Source: the human T2T-CHM13v2.0 reference genome, Homo sapiens
Length of the DNA stretch: 64,000 bases
Reading direction: 5' to 3' (one strand)
NCBI RefSeq assembly: GCF_009914755.1
Contig: NC_060926.1
Numbering within the stretch: position 1 is the first letter of the stretch; each line of letters begins with the position of its first letter. Below are positions 31,142 to 46,473 of this stretch, one piece after another. Position numbers and translations under genes: made by a program. The notes under the pieces were generated by a model that saw nothing but the letters and a program-made list of their open reading frames with translations, was not told the origin of the DNA and made no database searches.

Positions 31142-32814
31142 AGAACACTTATTTTTCTAAGATAATATGAACCTGAAGTAAATGACAAATTTTAAGTCAT
31201 GTAAAGTGTCAGGGGAAATATTTATTAGTGGGACGTTGCTCTATACTTGTTGCCTTCATAATTAAATAATACACTGAAGTCTCTACTTTTTAATAGTATC
31301 TCTTCCTTCTCATTAGACGAGATGAAGAAATTATCTTCTCACACTTTCCTGCACCTCTTTTCTCCATAATTTCCCAATTTGGGCTGGGTAAACTCTATTT
31401 TTATGTTGTCAAGGTTAGTAATTTACGTTCAGTCCTATAACTGTAAATAAGAGCTTTGGTGGTATAATTAAACAAAGTATTTGGTGAAGAACTGAGCGGT
31501 GTGGTTGGTCAGCAGGAAAGACATGTCATCCTCTGTGACTAACTTCATGTCCTTATAAGGACAATCATCAAGGTCAAATGCATCCTGTTCTCTAACATGC
31601 TCAAAATTAGGCAATGTTTGGTTTATTTGTGTGTGTACATGGCTTTCTTGCAAACATTTTTGTTTCTTTAAAGGTTGTATTGGCCTTACCTTATTTCAAT
31701 TGTTAGAGGAAAATAGGCTCATTTGTCATATCACTAGGATATGCCCTCTTGACCATACTATTTATTGAATGGTGCAGTGTGGACTCCTTATGGCTTTGCT
31801 CTCCATCTGTCACGGTGGGCTTTGTTTGCATTGCACTGCTTGGCTGGCTTCCCTCTTTGTTATATCTTTGTAAGTTTCCTCCTTAATTGGATTTGTCTAT
31901 ATGTTTTGTTGAACATCCTTAATAATTTCAGAAATAGTGGTCAGGGAGTATATTTTCCAAAGGTTGGCATGACTAAGATGTCTTCTTGTTATTCTCCTTT
32001 GATTGAAATTTCATGATGAAAATGTTCCTTTAATTTCTCTCAATAGCTCATAGTAATTCCTTATTTTTATCTAGTACAAATCACTAGAATTAATGTTAGT
32101 TGTGTCTTGCATAATTTCTATTAAGATTATTTTAGTACTATTTCAATATTATTTTTAAATAAAACAGATTATATGAGTAAATTATGGTCTTAAGTGAATC
32201 TTTCTGGCTGTTTCCAGTAAAAAGTAACCCTCTCTCATTTCCTTTACACCTTCGTAATAACAACTAGACATTTTCTTCTCATATATTCTATTGTATTTCT
32301 GTGAAACCTTCTGGAAAGGTTTTTAAAGCAGTATTTCTGTCATCATTTTGTGAGTCCCATTTTCACAACTCACTTAGAAGCGAAATGTTTTATGAGAAAC
32401 TGTGTGGGGCCTAGAATGAGTAAAGCACTAGTCTTTGAGCATGATTCAGAAAATTAAGTCTTCCAGTAGACTTAAAGCTATTGTAAGGCCCATCTGTGTG
32501 CCTAAGGAAAGACTCCTTAACTCACTGAGAAAATGCCTATGAGCGTAAGAAAACTCCTTTTCTCCTCTATAAAATAAAGAAAATGGTTAAAGTTTTACAT
32601 GTATGACCCGATCCTTTGCTGTTTACAGCATAGAAATCTGTGATTCTCCTGCTGATAGAATGAAAGTTACTTTTAAATGGTTAGAATTGAAAAATGCTCA
32701 GATCAAAATATTTGCTGAATTTTCCTCTCAATAATACCTGGGTGGATATGTAATTATTTCTTGGCCTGCTGGGTGAAGTAGCCCACAGGGTTTTGTCTGT
32801 CTTCACACATACGG

Positions 32815-33101
32815 AGAGGACTGTACCGTGGTCAGAACGTGGCTCCGAGGGCCTGACTGCATGGGTTCACATCCTGCCTCTGCTACTACCTAGCTGAGTC
32901 ACACTGGGCCATTCTGCTTAAACTCCCTCCAACTCTGGTGTCCCCTGAGCCTCAGATGTCCCCTCTGTGAAATGAAGATAACACTAGCACTTAGGCTGTG
33001 AGGGAATTGTAAAGGTTAGGTGAGTTAGCCTCTTCAGGGAGCTAAACACATTGCCAGGCCCCTGACAAGCCTCTGGGATGTCTGCTAGCATCATTATCAT
33101 T
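32815..33101 (+). mobile_element. MIR, near full length
   Basis: gactgcatgggttcacatcctgcctctgctact...ctgagcctcagatgtcccctctgtgaaatg. Confidence 0.8.
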
Positions 33102-33553
33102 CAGTCATGAATTAGGCGTACATAGCTCACCCTCAAGGAACCCTTGAGGCATATTCATGTCTAAAAAAATGAGGTCATTTTGGGTTGATGGGGAAGGAGC
33201 CTCCGGAAGAGATAGGGTTCCTTTTCAAAGCTTTGCGGGGTGACAGTGGACAGGATGCATCTACAATGACAACAAATGCTGTTGATGGGCTCTAAGAGAT
33301 GTATGGGAACGGGGCATGAGTGAAAATATGAACCTACCCAAGTGTGTGTGTGACCAGTAAAGAGAGCGGAACATTAGAGATGAGAAAGGGAAATCCTTAT
33401 AGAACATTCAAAAGATACAAAAAACAGTAACAGTACACCAATGCTCTAGAAAAGAAAATCTGACTTCACATAGGCATATTAAACATCCCACCAATACTTG
33501 AAATGCACTGAACTAGTAGATAATTGAAATAAGGTATTTAAAATTGCATAATA

Positions 33554-33959
<406 letters not shown>

Positions 33960-34223
33960 CTACTGAGATCCTTATTTCTTAAAGTCATTCTTTGTGTTTC
34001 TAATTTCTTGTAAAAATAGCTCAATATCTAGAAACAGCTTGTCTTCAGAGAGGTAAGCCCAGATATATACAGAAACTGCTGTACTTGTGGTATGATATGG
34101 AGGCTGTGAGGATTAAATGAGATTTTAAGTGCCTTGTCTATCACTGATACACAGTAGGCATTCAACAAATATAAATTTCCTTAAAATCTAGCATTAGGTT
34201 TAGTCTTTGGATTCTTTATTTAG

Positions 34224-34625
<402 letters not shown>

Positions 34626-35934
34626 TGAATAATAAGTCCCTGAACCCAAAGAACAAGTCTGGTGACTGACAGTGTTAGTGACATCACAGAGAAATGTCTG
34701 CTGATTGGAGGGATCAGATCAGGAACCTGTAGGAAAGAGTGGGAGACAAAGAGTCAGAAAAGGGTTCAAGGTAAATCAACGGGGTTTGCAGGTCCCTCAA
34801 TCTGCTTCTCATTGTAGCCCGGAGCGGGCCTCGGTACCATCCCTGTAGCTAGAGACTAAGTGGGGAATGGCATCCCCTCCCTAGCTGTGGCTCTAATCCA
34901 AGTGTAGTGATGCCTTAGAAACTGCTGCCTGAAAACAAAGAAAAAGAAGAAAACAATAACCATAATGAAATAAAAGCCTTAAAGTGAAAGAAAAACAAAA
35001 TGTCATGATTTGTGCATTTTTCTGCAAAACCGATTTGTTCTGTGGTGGAAGATAGAGTCTGCATTTGATTTCTACAAGATATGCAGTAATGGGTTATGTA
35101 CTCCAGGGAAAAACTATTCTTAAGGGAGTGAGAACGTGATGGATTCACTTCCTTGGTGAGGTTTACAATATGTGGCAGTTTTAGTGCGAGCAGGTATTTG
35201 GTCTATAAACTTGGAGAGCCAGGCATTAGTGGGAGCTCGTTTCTAAATGAAGAAGAATGCAGCTCTCCCTCTCACTCTGGTTATTAGTCCTTCTGGGGAT
35301 AAACAGGAAGATTAAGTGTTTTCTTGATGTTGTGTTTGCCTGTCACAGTAATGTGCACACACCCCATTGGCAGCACCTTTACGTGGCGCCGCAGACTTGC
35401 TATTTTTGTTGGAAGGAGTTGTTCATTGAGAGGCCTGGGTCTCATTCCGTGCTGAATGGCGTTGGGGTTATTTCCACTCTTTGTTCAAATGCTGCCTCTC
35501 GATTAGATGCTCTACGATTAGCTGCTTTGCAATTAGAAACTGGATCTGTGAACATCCAGTTTCTTGGTCCCCGGAGGACATTTCATGTCCTCACTCCTCA
35601 AAGCCTGCTGTTCTGCTTGTTGCAGTTTAAATGGTGCTAAAGAGAGGCCAACCTGCCAGCCAGCTGGCTTCCCGGAGGACCTTGGAGGCTGCCCGCGCTG
35701 GGGCTGCTGGAGAACTGCTCGGCTGGGCACGTGTGGGGAACTTGAATTGTCATCTCTGTGAGAAGTGACTTCATTCTAGGGGGCTTATTTGTGTTAACTA
35801 ATCTCTTAAAACACTGGCTGGCTGATAAATTAAAATGCCAATTTATTTATTTACTATTAGAAATATACTTGCTAAGCAATATATCTGTGTCAGCCATTCA
35901 GTTTGTTCTCTTCACACAAATAAAGCCTATTTGG

Positions 35935-36241
35935 GGCCGGGCAGGGTGGCTCACGCCTGTAATCCCAGCACTTTGGGAGGCCGAGGTAGGTGGATCAGGG
36001 GTTCGAGACCAGCTTGGCCAACACGGCGAAACCCTGTATCTACTAAACATACAAAAAACAAAACAAAACAAAAAAACTAGCTGGGCGTGGTGCCAGGTGC
36101 CTGTAGTCCCAGCTACTCCGGAGGGTGAGGTGGGAGGATGGCTTGAGCCCGGGAGGCGGAGGTTGTAGTGAGCTGAGATTGTGCCACTGCACTCCAGCCT
36201 GTGCAACACAGCGAGACTCCATCTCAAAAAAAAAAAAAAAA
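35935..36241 (+). mobile_element. Alu (Jb-like) with a short left-arm deletion
   Basis: ggatcaggggttcgag lacks about 10 nt; TSD ctatttggg. Confidence 0.94.
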
Positions 36242-37199
36242 TCTATTTGGGAAACCAAATTATAGATCATATATTTTGTAGTGAGGGAAAAAGAGACTCC
36301 TGTACACTGCTCATTGGAATATAAATTGAGACAAGTTTTCTGGGCGGCAATGTTTTATTATTATGTGGAGCCTTTCCATTGGACAAGCATAATGGATTCC
36401 TCATTTGTGTCTCCTATCATTACTTAAAAATGTATTTGGTGGTGGAAGCTTCCCCTACTCACTGGCTGAGAACTTGGATGCCCCTCTGTTCTGCTTGCTC
36501 TTGGGGAGTAGATTGGCCTATGTTCTAAGCCACAAATGCTGGCTTGATTCAGAAATTAAGAGTATACAATCCAAGCTATTAATCAAACTTCAGTCTTTTT
36601 TTTCACAGGTAAGACGTTTCCTTTCCTTGTCCCACCTGAGGTCTGTGTTCGACGGGGCACCTGTTCTTTGCACCGTGGTTTTGGTCACCTTCTCTCACTC
36701 CTTTCTTTCCCTCTTTCTCCTTGTTAATTGCATCTTCTGGCCTCTCAGAGGATGGGACACAGCAAAGGAAGAAGTCACTAAGCCTGTGGTGGGAGATACC
36801 ATGCTCCCCTCTCTCTGGTGATGGGCAGGCTGTCACAGCATGGCTTAGCTGAAGACATCACCTCCCAAATCCACTTCTTCCACACTCAGCACTTGTTTAG
36901 TCTTTGCCTGAGTGATCTAAAGTAGAAAGCCTAGCTTTTTTGTCTATCTTTTGAACATTTTGTTCAGGCACCTAACTTCGGTGTGGAACATCTATTGCAT
37001 GTATTTTACTTTGTGTGTGTCTGTCATGTATTTCCTCAGCCTAAATTCCTAGAACTGGAGTTGTTATGCTCATGAGTGTTAGTAAACCTAGCAGTTAAGA
37101 GTGTGGGTTCTGGAGACTATTGTTTCCAAGTGGCAGGGTCAAACTTTAGTTTTAACATCCTAAAATGTTGTATATGCATTGAAAACTTTAAAGGTTTTC

Positions 37200-37390
37200 A
37201 TAACAACAGCAAATACTTATTTGGAACTTCTACTAAGTTTAATTTTTCAACAATCCTATGAATTATGTGTTATCATAATCTCCATTTTGCAGATAAACCA
37301 AGGCAAAGAAAGACTCAACAACTTGCCTAGAGTCACACCAATAGAAAGGAATAAATCTAGCATTCCATCCAAACTGTCTGCCTCCCATTC
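37200..37390 (-). mobile_element. MIR
   Basis: caacaatcctatga...ctccattttgcagat...aacttgcctagagtcacac. Confidence 0.8.
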
Positions 37391-37543
37391 TAGGAAATCA
37401 GTCTGAGGAAATAGTAAGATACACTAAATAATATAGCTGGATTTTAATTGCAATATTTCTGATAACTTGAAAAAACTGGGTACAACTTACATATTTGATA
37501 GTAAGAGATTGATTAAATAAACAGTGGTATCTTAATATGCTAG

Positions 37544-37963
<420 letters not shown>

Positions 37964-39589
37964 TGAGTTAGAATTGAATTTGAAGTGAAAAAAATCTTTT
38001 TAAGAAGGTGATTGGTGAAATGGAGTCAGAACAAAAAGTTGAATAACCTTAAGGATGGTCCATTTGAGCAGTTAAATCCCTGAAAACACTATTCCATTAG
38101 AGGGTGACATTAGCCTGCTATCTTCTTGACACAATATATGACCTAGAAAGATTTGGGGAAGAGATACAATTTTGAAATTTCTTTTTGTTACATAAAGGCT
38201 ACATTTTCCATCTAAAATGCTCTAGTTTCTTCTAGAGAATGCTGATATATAAAGGGGAGGAAGATAAAAAATTTGAAATAGAAGTTTAGCAAGAAAAGAA
38301 GATAAGTTTGGGAAGACTTGTAGATAGAGCATGAATAGAGTGCAGTTTGATGTGGTGTGGTTGATCGCAAAGGAATCCCAATGTTGTCTGCAGTGTGGCT
38401 TAGTGTACCCTGTAGTCATAAAGTTCATATCCATTGAAAACATCAGGACTAAAATAGGTGTTTCATGTTAAGACCTGGACTTGGCTCTTCCCAGCCAAAA
38501 GCAGGTGGTCTTTGTACCATTCATCGCTTGCCATTTGCAAAACTTTGTAAGGTACATTTGGGGATAGTGGGGGTGGGAGGCAGGTGGCGGTATATGCAAC
38601 ATTTATCAAACCTCCAGAGTATTAAGAGGAAAGGTGGTTTCAGAAAAAGAAATCCTTTACATTTCTTCCCCATTTTGACAAAATCCAAACTAAAGCTTCA
38701 GTTATGTAGACCCTCTCAGATCTGATATCTTTTCAGGATATAAATAGTACATGTAAGAAAGGAAGTAGGGTAATTATTATAAAATTAGAGAAATATATTT
38801 AGTCAGTCAAAATCCTGAGCTGCTTTGCCATTTAAAATTGTGTGTAAAGTTTAGAACTCTCGTTGATCGGACTGTATCATAAAACTGAAAGTGTGGAGAA
38901 CAAAGACCTCAGAATTCTTGCTCGGCTTTAGAGGATCATGTTCAGGGAGAGGACTCTAATTGAAATGAGGAGTAGATACCAATGGATATTTTACTGTCTA
39001 TAATGTCAATTGTACAGTTTTGAACTCCATTGTGGGGAATGTCAATGGTCCCTCACTCGTCCAGGGTAACCAAGAGATGAAGAGTTGAGGGGAAGCACTG
39101 TGGTGCGGCTTATTGTGGCTGTTTAGTGGTGGTATTTCCTGGAAGGCAAGTTAATGGTGAAATGGAAGGCCCTTTCCTTTTATGTCCCTTTTGGTCTGAT
39201 ATTTTCCATTGTTGACTGCAGGTTGAAATAGCTCAAAATAAAAACCAGAAAATAAAAGCTGCAAGTAAAAACTTCATTTTGCCTATGCCAAATAAAATAG
39301 AAAAACTGGACTTCTGGCTTTTCAACATCGATTGCTGTGGGTACTATGGAAGATTCTTCGAATCAGGCACTTCTGGAGAAATTCATGATATGTAATCAAG
39401 AAATAACCATAGCCTAGAAGCTGATTTTTTAAGGCGAGCTTCCGTGTTCGTGTTTTCTTCTCCCCTCCTGTTTTGGAGGATTAGATGTAAATGCTCCTTT
39501 GTAAAGTTACCCCATCACCTGTTCTCTTTAGCCCATCCTCATGTTTCCCACTGACTTTTATCTCTGGCTTCTCTTTGTCCATGGGAGCT

Positions 39590-41125
39590 TTTTTCTCTGC
39601 CCATAAACATACTCAAATCTACTTTTTTCTTTAAAAGCAACCATCCATCCAGCCCAGAAAACCTTCCCTCAATCTCCAACTCTTTTACTGCCTCTCCTTA
39701 TCTTGCTTGAAGTCTAAATTCACAGAAGTCTAGTCTGACTTTTTTTCCTATGGCTTCACCTTTCACTCTCTCCCAAGTCATTTCCAAACCAGCTTGCATA
39801 GTCACCTCTCTACTAAAGGTAAAAAATGACCTCAGATATCCCATTTACATTCTTCCTGAGTTCTGAGGCATTGACATGTGAATCTCTTCCTCTTTCTTGG
39901 AATTCTCATTCCTGGGTTTTGCTTTTTCTTAGTCCTTCTTGCTGGCCCAATCTTCTTTGGACTGTCCTTGGAATCTGGTGTTTTCCAGGTTCTGCCCTCT
40001 CTCTCTTCTCTGGCTTTCAGATAATAGCGTGGCATTTATTCATTTCTGGTACTATGCTAAAACCAGAGACACAAGGATGACTAAACATCACCACCTATTA
40101 GGAATCTTTGGACACATTAACATTCCAGAGCCTCAATTTTCTCATATAAAAATGGGTCATAAATACTTCAGGTCCAGACCTACATTTGCAATTCCTCATG
40201 GTGCAGCCCTGGTTACGAGCCTAACGTGACCAAAAACAAATGCTCAATATCCCCCTTGCACAATCTTTTCCTCTCTCAATAATTCCTCCCATGGCTAATG
40301 GCAGTAACATTTCTCTAGTCTAGACACAAGCTAGAAACCTGGGAATCATCCTTTGTTTCCCTTTCCCTCAACCTCTACATCCAATAAATCTCCAAGCCTA
40401 CCACTTGTCTATCAGAAATATTGCTTTAAAACCTGCCACTTCATTGCCCCACCCAGACCTCATCATTTCTCCCCTGGCCAATACTACCGTAGCCTTTGTT
40501 CTCCTTTCCTTCTTCTAGGTTCTACACCGACTCCAAAATTCATTCTCCACAATGCTGCCAGAGTGACTGTTTAAAAGTAATACTTTGATCACATCTTATC
40601 TGCTCTAAAAGACTTCAGTGGTTCCTGCTGTCTATAGGATAAAGTTCAAGCATTTGTAAAACACTTCCTGTTTTGTCCACAACCTCCTTGTATGGTCTCA
40701 CACTGAGTCCTCCTTCCTTTACCCAGTCACCTCTTATTTTAGCCACAAGGGTTACTGCACTTTCGCCAAGAGGAGTGAGGTCCCTGTGCTACGGTTTATG
40801 TTGTTCCTTCTGTTTGCAGCACTTTTCTCCTATTCCCCCACATGGGGACATCCTCCTGGATTTCAAAACATGTTCCAAAGTCCTCTTCTTCCCCGAGGCC
40901 TTCTTTGAGCCTTCTCTGGAGGAATAAGTCCTTCTCTATTCTTTCTGTGCTCACACAACTTTGCTTCCCTGTTCTCTTTGCCACCTTATCAGATCGCATT
41001 CATAGATGTGAGGGTTATCTTATCTGCTTATTGAGCAAGGACTGCACCTCAGGCTTTTGACCATCCCAGGAGCTTATCATGGTTCCATGGCCAGAACTCA
41101 ACAAATATGTGTAGCAAGAAGCGAG
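39590..41125 (+). mobile_element. Long degraded L2, with a MIR-like piece near 40100-40200
   Basis: caagctagaaacctgggaatcatcctt; cattctccacaatgctgccagagtga; tataggataaagttcaa; ctcaacaaatatg terminus. Confidence 0.8.
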
Positions 41126-42614
41126 TAATAAAAAAAAAAAAAAAAAGAAGACTGCAGAATGCCAGCAGGTCCAGGGTTATATGGCAAAGCCAGCCTTGTG
41201 TTGGTCTGAACACTAAAGCAATGTTTCTTTTTGTTACCAGCAGATCCCAGAATATTCACCACTTCAATCCTATATCCTGTGACCCTCAACCTAGAGTCAA
41301 AGGAGCAAAGCCATGAAGAGAACCATTTTGTCCACATGGGGGCAGCACAGGCACTTCCACAATCGTATCCGAGGTCCCCAGGTTTCTCACCTCAAGGGTC
41401 CATTTATAGCCAGACCCAACTTTTCCTTGCCTGAGGTCCAAACTCAAGAGGCTTCACGTCTCCTCCGCCACCTTCTTCTGGGCTATAGAAGGCATTAATT
41501 TTAAGGTGATTTTAAAAAACCATTTATGGAGGTTCATCATAAATTGCTTGCCCCCAGGCGCTGGAGTAAGTTTCAATCATTCACCGTGTTCCTGAATAAT
41601 GAAGAAGCTTCTCCACCGAAACAACGCTATCATACACCCAGACGGGCAACGCCTTTTTCTGTGGGTCCCTAGAAGTGTTTGTTGAGCTCTAAGGGGAGTC
41701 AGATCCAGATCTCATGCTCCCTGGAGTTTATGCTGGTTGGAGTGGGTGATTACTCCCAGGCCCAGGGGTAGCACCAGCATACCTAGCATCCACAGTCATA
41801 TTAACTTTTCCACAAGGATTTTCTTTCTACTGCATTCCTACTTTTAAGAGCAGGCAGCCACAGCTGTGACAGTTTGCCATTCCTCTCCACTTGTTTCCAA
41901 TAATGCCTCTTTAGTTACTTTGTGAAAAGATTCTCGACTGAGATTTTTCTTGCTTTCTATCTTCTAAAGTGTTTATTACTAGAAGATTCAACTTTCAGAT
42001 TCTCTGAAGAAAATTCTTTCCTAGGAAAGGTAAGAGGTAGAAGAGGTAGCTAAAATTAGTTTCTTTTTTGGCTCTGCAAAAGCAATTGCAGCAATGGCAA
42101 TAGTTGGCTGCAATAACTTAACAAATGGCTTCAGAAATGAGCTCTTCACTGGAATTTGAAAGAGCTCTCAGTGAATCCTGTTTTATAATTACTGCCTGAT
42201 TCTAATGGGACACTCTAAAGCTTGAGTGTCTCCCAGTTTCATTCCTCAGGTGAGCCCTCTGGTTAACTTTGTCCAATTTGACACATCGGCACTGAACTCT
42301 CACCCGCAGTTTATGGGCTGATGACTGTTTAATTACACCTGCCAGCCTTCAGCAATCTCAATGATTAAGAATTGCAATACTGTGTCCTATTAATCTGCCT
42401 GGATTCCTTTCCATCTAAGGAAGTCAAAGAGTTTTTTGTTAATTTTTGATATACTTAGTGGAACTTGATAGAGAGCGTCAGAAGAAAATAGAGTTAAGAG
42501 GATGGTAATTGACCTCGCCAGGATCATTCTAAGTCAGCAGCAATTGGGGTAAGAATTTGGAGATTTGGGCAGCCTTTTTTGTTTAGTTAAAATTAGCTTT
42601 GGCCATAAAATCTA

Positions 42615-43061
<447 letters not shown>

Positions 43062-44207
43062 CTACAAATTTCCAGTAAATCTTGGAGATCTTCATCTTTT
43101 CCAAACAACAGGACCCACCAAGATTACAGAAGAGTCTGTGGCTAAGGAATTTAGAAATAGAATGTTATAATTTATACTTTTCCTAAGAAAGTCTTTGTTG
43201 TAAATAAGGTTGCATACTCCATTGACATGGAAAGAAAAGGGGAAGGAATGAGGAATGTCAGTGATCCAGAGTCTAATTAATGTTGCCACCAATTTTTGCA
43301 TAATTAACAGTACATTTCTATTCTTTAATAAAATTGATAAGATTCTACCAAGTTCATTGTTTCTGAAAAGTTGGGAAATGGGAGGTGGCCCTGGGGGTAG
43401 GGAGGAGAAAGGTGATTATGCAAGTACATGCCTCCCCCAGATTGATCAGGTAACATGCACCTGCTAATGGGGATAAATATTAGGAGATGAGGAAATGGAT
43501 ACAAGTAAATGCTTTCTCCAAAAACAAAGAAACCAAACTAGTGACCATAGGCAGAACTTGCTTCTAATGTTTGCACTCTGATACTGAAAGGTAACTGGAC
43601 CTATGCATAAAATGTGACACCAATCTGATCATCTAGGTAGCCTGAAGATAGTATGTATTTTGGGGAGACTATTCTATTTCTAGTGCCCTGGAGGATTTCC
43701 CAAATTGTTCAGCTAAATGTAGGTTTAATTACCTCTTTACCATCACCACTCCATTACTGCCTCTGAATGATGACTTTGTGCATTTTTCACTTAAGGGTAA
43801 TGAACTGCTCTCTTAATATGGTTCCATCATTCAACTTTGTTCTAGGGAGTTTCTTTATAGACAATTTTTATTTTAATCAGAAGTGAATGGGACTATTGCC
43901 TTTAAAGTGGACCATCTGTGGGTTTACCAGGAAATTTATTAACTTTGATCTTTATTCAATTTAACTTTCTGCCAGAGCTTCCAGTAAAGTTCTTTCAAGC
44001 CTGCAGAAAGCAGAGCTCAGAGCTCAGAAAGTGGGCTCTGTGGGAGGGGGAGAGGGGAGGATAAGAGAAGGGAGTGTATGGATACAGACTGCAATCCCAG
44101 TTTCAGCTGAGGTGGCAGTGGGGAGCTGGGAACATTATTCTGGAAGATCCTGGAGCAAGTCCTCAACTTGACTCCAGTTCGAGACTCCTCTGGGCTAGCA
44201 AGGTAAT

Positions 44208-44523
44208 ATATATGTATTTTTTTAAGAGATGGGCTCTTGCTCTGTTGCCCAGGCTGGAGTGCAGTGGAGCCCTCACAGCCCACCGCAGCCTTGAATTCTT
44301 GGGCTCAATTGATCCTCCCGCTTCAGCCTCCTGAGAAGCTGGGACTACATGTGTGTACAACCATGCCCAGCTAATTTATTTTTATTTTTGTTTTTGTTTT
44401 TTTGTAGAGATGGGGGTCTCATTCTGTTGACCAGACTGGTCTTGAACTCTTGGCTTCAAGTGAACCTCCCACCTCAGCCTCCCAAAGTGCTGGGATTACA
44501 AGCGTGAGCTACCGTGCCTGGCC
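44208..44523 (-). mobile_element. Alu (AluJ)
   Basis: J-type dimer; TSD tagcaaggtaat. Confidence 0.95.
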
Positions 44524-44972
44524 TAGCAAGGTAATTTTAAACAGACACTGCCTTACCAATGATACAGCCTCAAAAGCCCTGATGCCAGCCTGAGCTGAAT
44601 GTGATGAGCGTGAGGACTTATCCAGGCACTACCCACCTCTGCAACAAAACAGGGAGACAGGTGGGGAGTATCCACAATGCTGTGGATGGATTGGGCAGCA
44701 GGCAGAAGCTTCTGGCTTGTAGCTCACGCAGACCACTGCACAAGCTCTGCTCTTACAGCTTCCAAATTACTTTTCTGGCCTTTGAAGTGGAGCGATTTAG
44801 GATGCCTGCAGATCCTCCCCTGTTTAACAAATGCTCCCTGCTCTCAGTCCAGGGACCCTCACTCTTCCTGTCCTCTAACTCAGGACAGATTCCTGTCTAT
44901 TATAGGTAGACAGGAAATCTTTTTGGATATCCAGGAAGATGGATATCCAAACTTCCCCAAGATCCTAGTCTA

Positions 44973-45077
44973 TTTCCTTCCTTCCTTCCTTCCTTCCCTT
45001 TCTTTTTTCTCTTTTCTTTTCTCTTTCTTTCTTCCTTTCTTCCCTTCTTTCTTTCTTTTCCTTCCTTCCTTCCTTTT

Positions 45078-45148
<71 letters not shown>

Positions 45149-45242
45149 CTTTTTCTTTCTTTCTTTCTTTCCTTCCTTCCTTCCTTCCTTCCTTCCTTCC
45201 TTCCTTCTTTCTTTTCTTTTCTTTTTCTTTTCTTTCTTTTTC
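44973..45242. repeat. (TTTC)n/(TTCC)n homopyrimidine tract
   Basis: About 270 nt of C/T only. Confidence 0.98.
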
Positions 45243-45625
45243 AACTTTATTGGGGTAAGTGATTTATAGTAAACGGCAGAGATTTAGTGTGTGGTTTCAC
45301 AAGTTTTGACATATGTGCTTACCCAGGAAACCACCACCTCAGTCAAGATAATGAACATTTCCTTCACCCCGAAAGTTTCATAGTTGCCCCCTTTGTAAAA
45401 CCTCCTTCTTTTTGCCCCATCCCCAGTCTGCTTTCTGTGACTATAGATTACTCTGCGGTTTCTAGGATTTTATGAAAATGAAATCATCTTTTCTTGTCTG
45501 ATTTCTTTCACCTAGCATAAATATTTTGAGATTCATGCATGTGGCTGCATGTATCAATAATTCATTCCTTTTTACTCCTGAGGATTAATCCACTGTATGG
45601 ATCCATCACAGTTTGTTAATCCATT
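45240..45625 (-). mobile_element. Old L1M (MD/ME-like) 3' end
   Basis: caactttattgggg...aagttttgacatatg...gaaaccaccacc...ctgctttctgtgactatagatta. Confidence 0.8.
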
Positions 45626-46462
45626 GAGGAATCATTCCTTCTGTTTTGTTTTATAAGATCACGAAGCGTTAGATGTGTAAGGGGCATTATAGGTCACTTA
45701 ATCTAAGAAAATCATCAGTTATCTGTAGTTATCTACCTACAGATTAGGTAACTGAAGCCAGAACACTACTTAAGAATTTCCCTGGAAATTGTTTAAAATT
45801 GAGATTCATACCTATTCCTGCCGTTTGATTCTGATGGTGGAGTGAATCCTGGGATTCTGCAGTTTTAGCAACAGCCTCTGGTGATTCTAATCCAGATATA
45901 TGGTCTACTATACTTAAAACACCGAATTATTTAAATATTGAGGTCGTAGAAGGTTAGGAGCAAAGGCTGGATTTAAATCCACAATTTTTGATTTCTAAGT
46001 TTAGGGCTCTTTCTACTACATTATGTCAACCCCAAATAACATCAGACACATGGAAGCCTGACGCTGTCTGCTAGCGTAAATCTCTTTGTTTTCTCATCAA
46101 AGAAATGCCACAGCTCGATTCCAGGCTACATTCTTGTGTTTCCAGAAGAGGGCACTGATAACAAATCCTTTCTTTAATGCACGTATTTCTTTCTCTTACT
46201 CTCTCTCCCCACCCCCTCTCTCCTCCCTTCTTTCTTCCTCTGCTTGTTTTTGTTTTGTTTTGTTTCGTTTTGGGTTTTTTGTGGGGTTTTTTTCCTGGTC
46301 ATTAAAGTTGCAAATATGAAAAGCAACAAAGTGAGACCTGGGAAAATGAGTTTACTTCAATAAAAAGCCAAAGTCCCTGGAGAAATTTCTTGACATCATT
46401 ATATTTTTAATACAAACTTGCCTGTAAGTGCTGTCACTTACTGGCTTCCAGTCACTAATTTT

Positions 46463-46473
46463 ATGAGTCAGCA
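46463..46473 (+). promoter_or_regulatory. CNC-sMAF/ARE (AP-1-containing) motif
   Basis: atgagtcagca equals RTGASTCAGCA; function not shown. Confidence 0.4.

Noticed and set aside
31250-32020. Possible HAL1/old L1M remnant
   Set aside because: Similarity too weak by eye to assign family or boundaries.
33131-33149. Inverted repeat cctcaagg-aac-ccttgagg
   Set aside because: An 8-bp stem is within chance expectation for this window size.
38094-38107. CTCF-like ccattagagggtga
   Set aside because: Three mismatches, including the conserved GGC.
44677-45258. 193-aa F/L/S-rich and 114-aa K/E/R-rich ORFs
   Set aside because: Open only because the TTTC/TTCC tract lacks stop codons.
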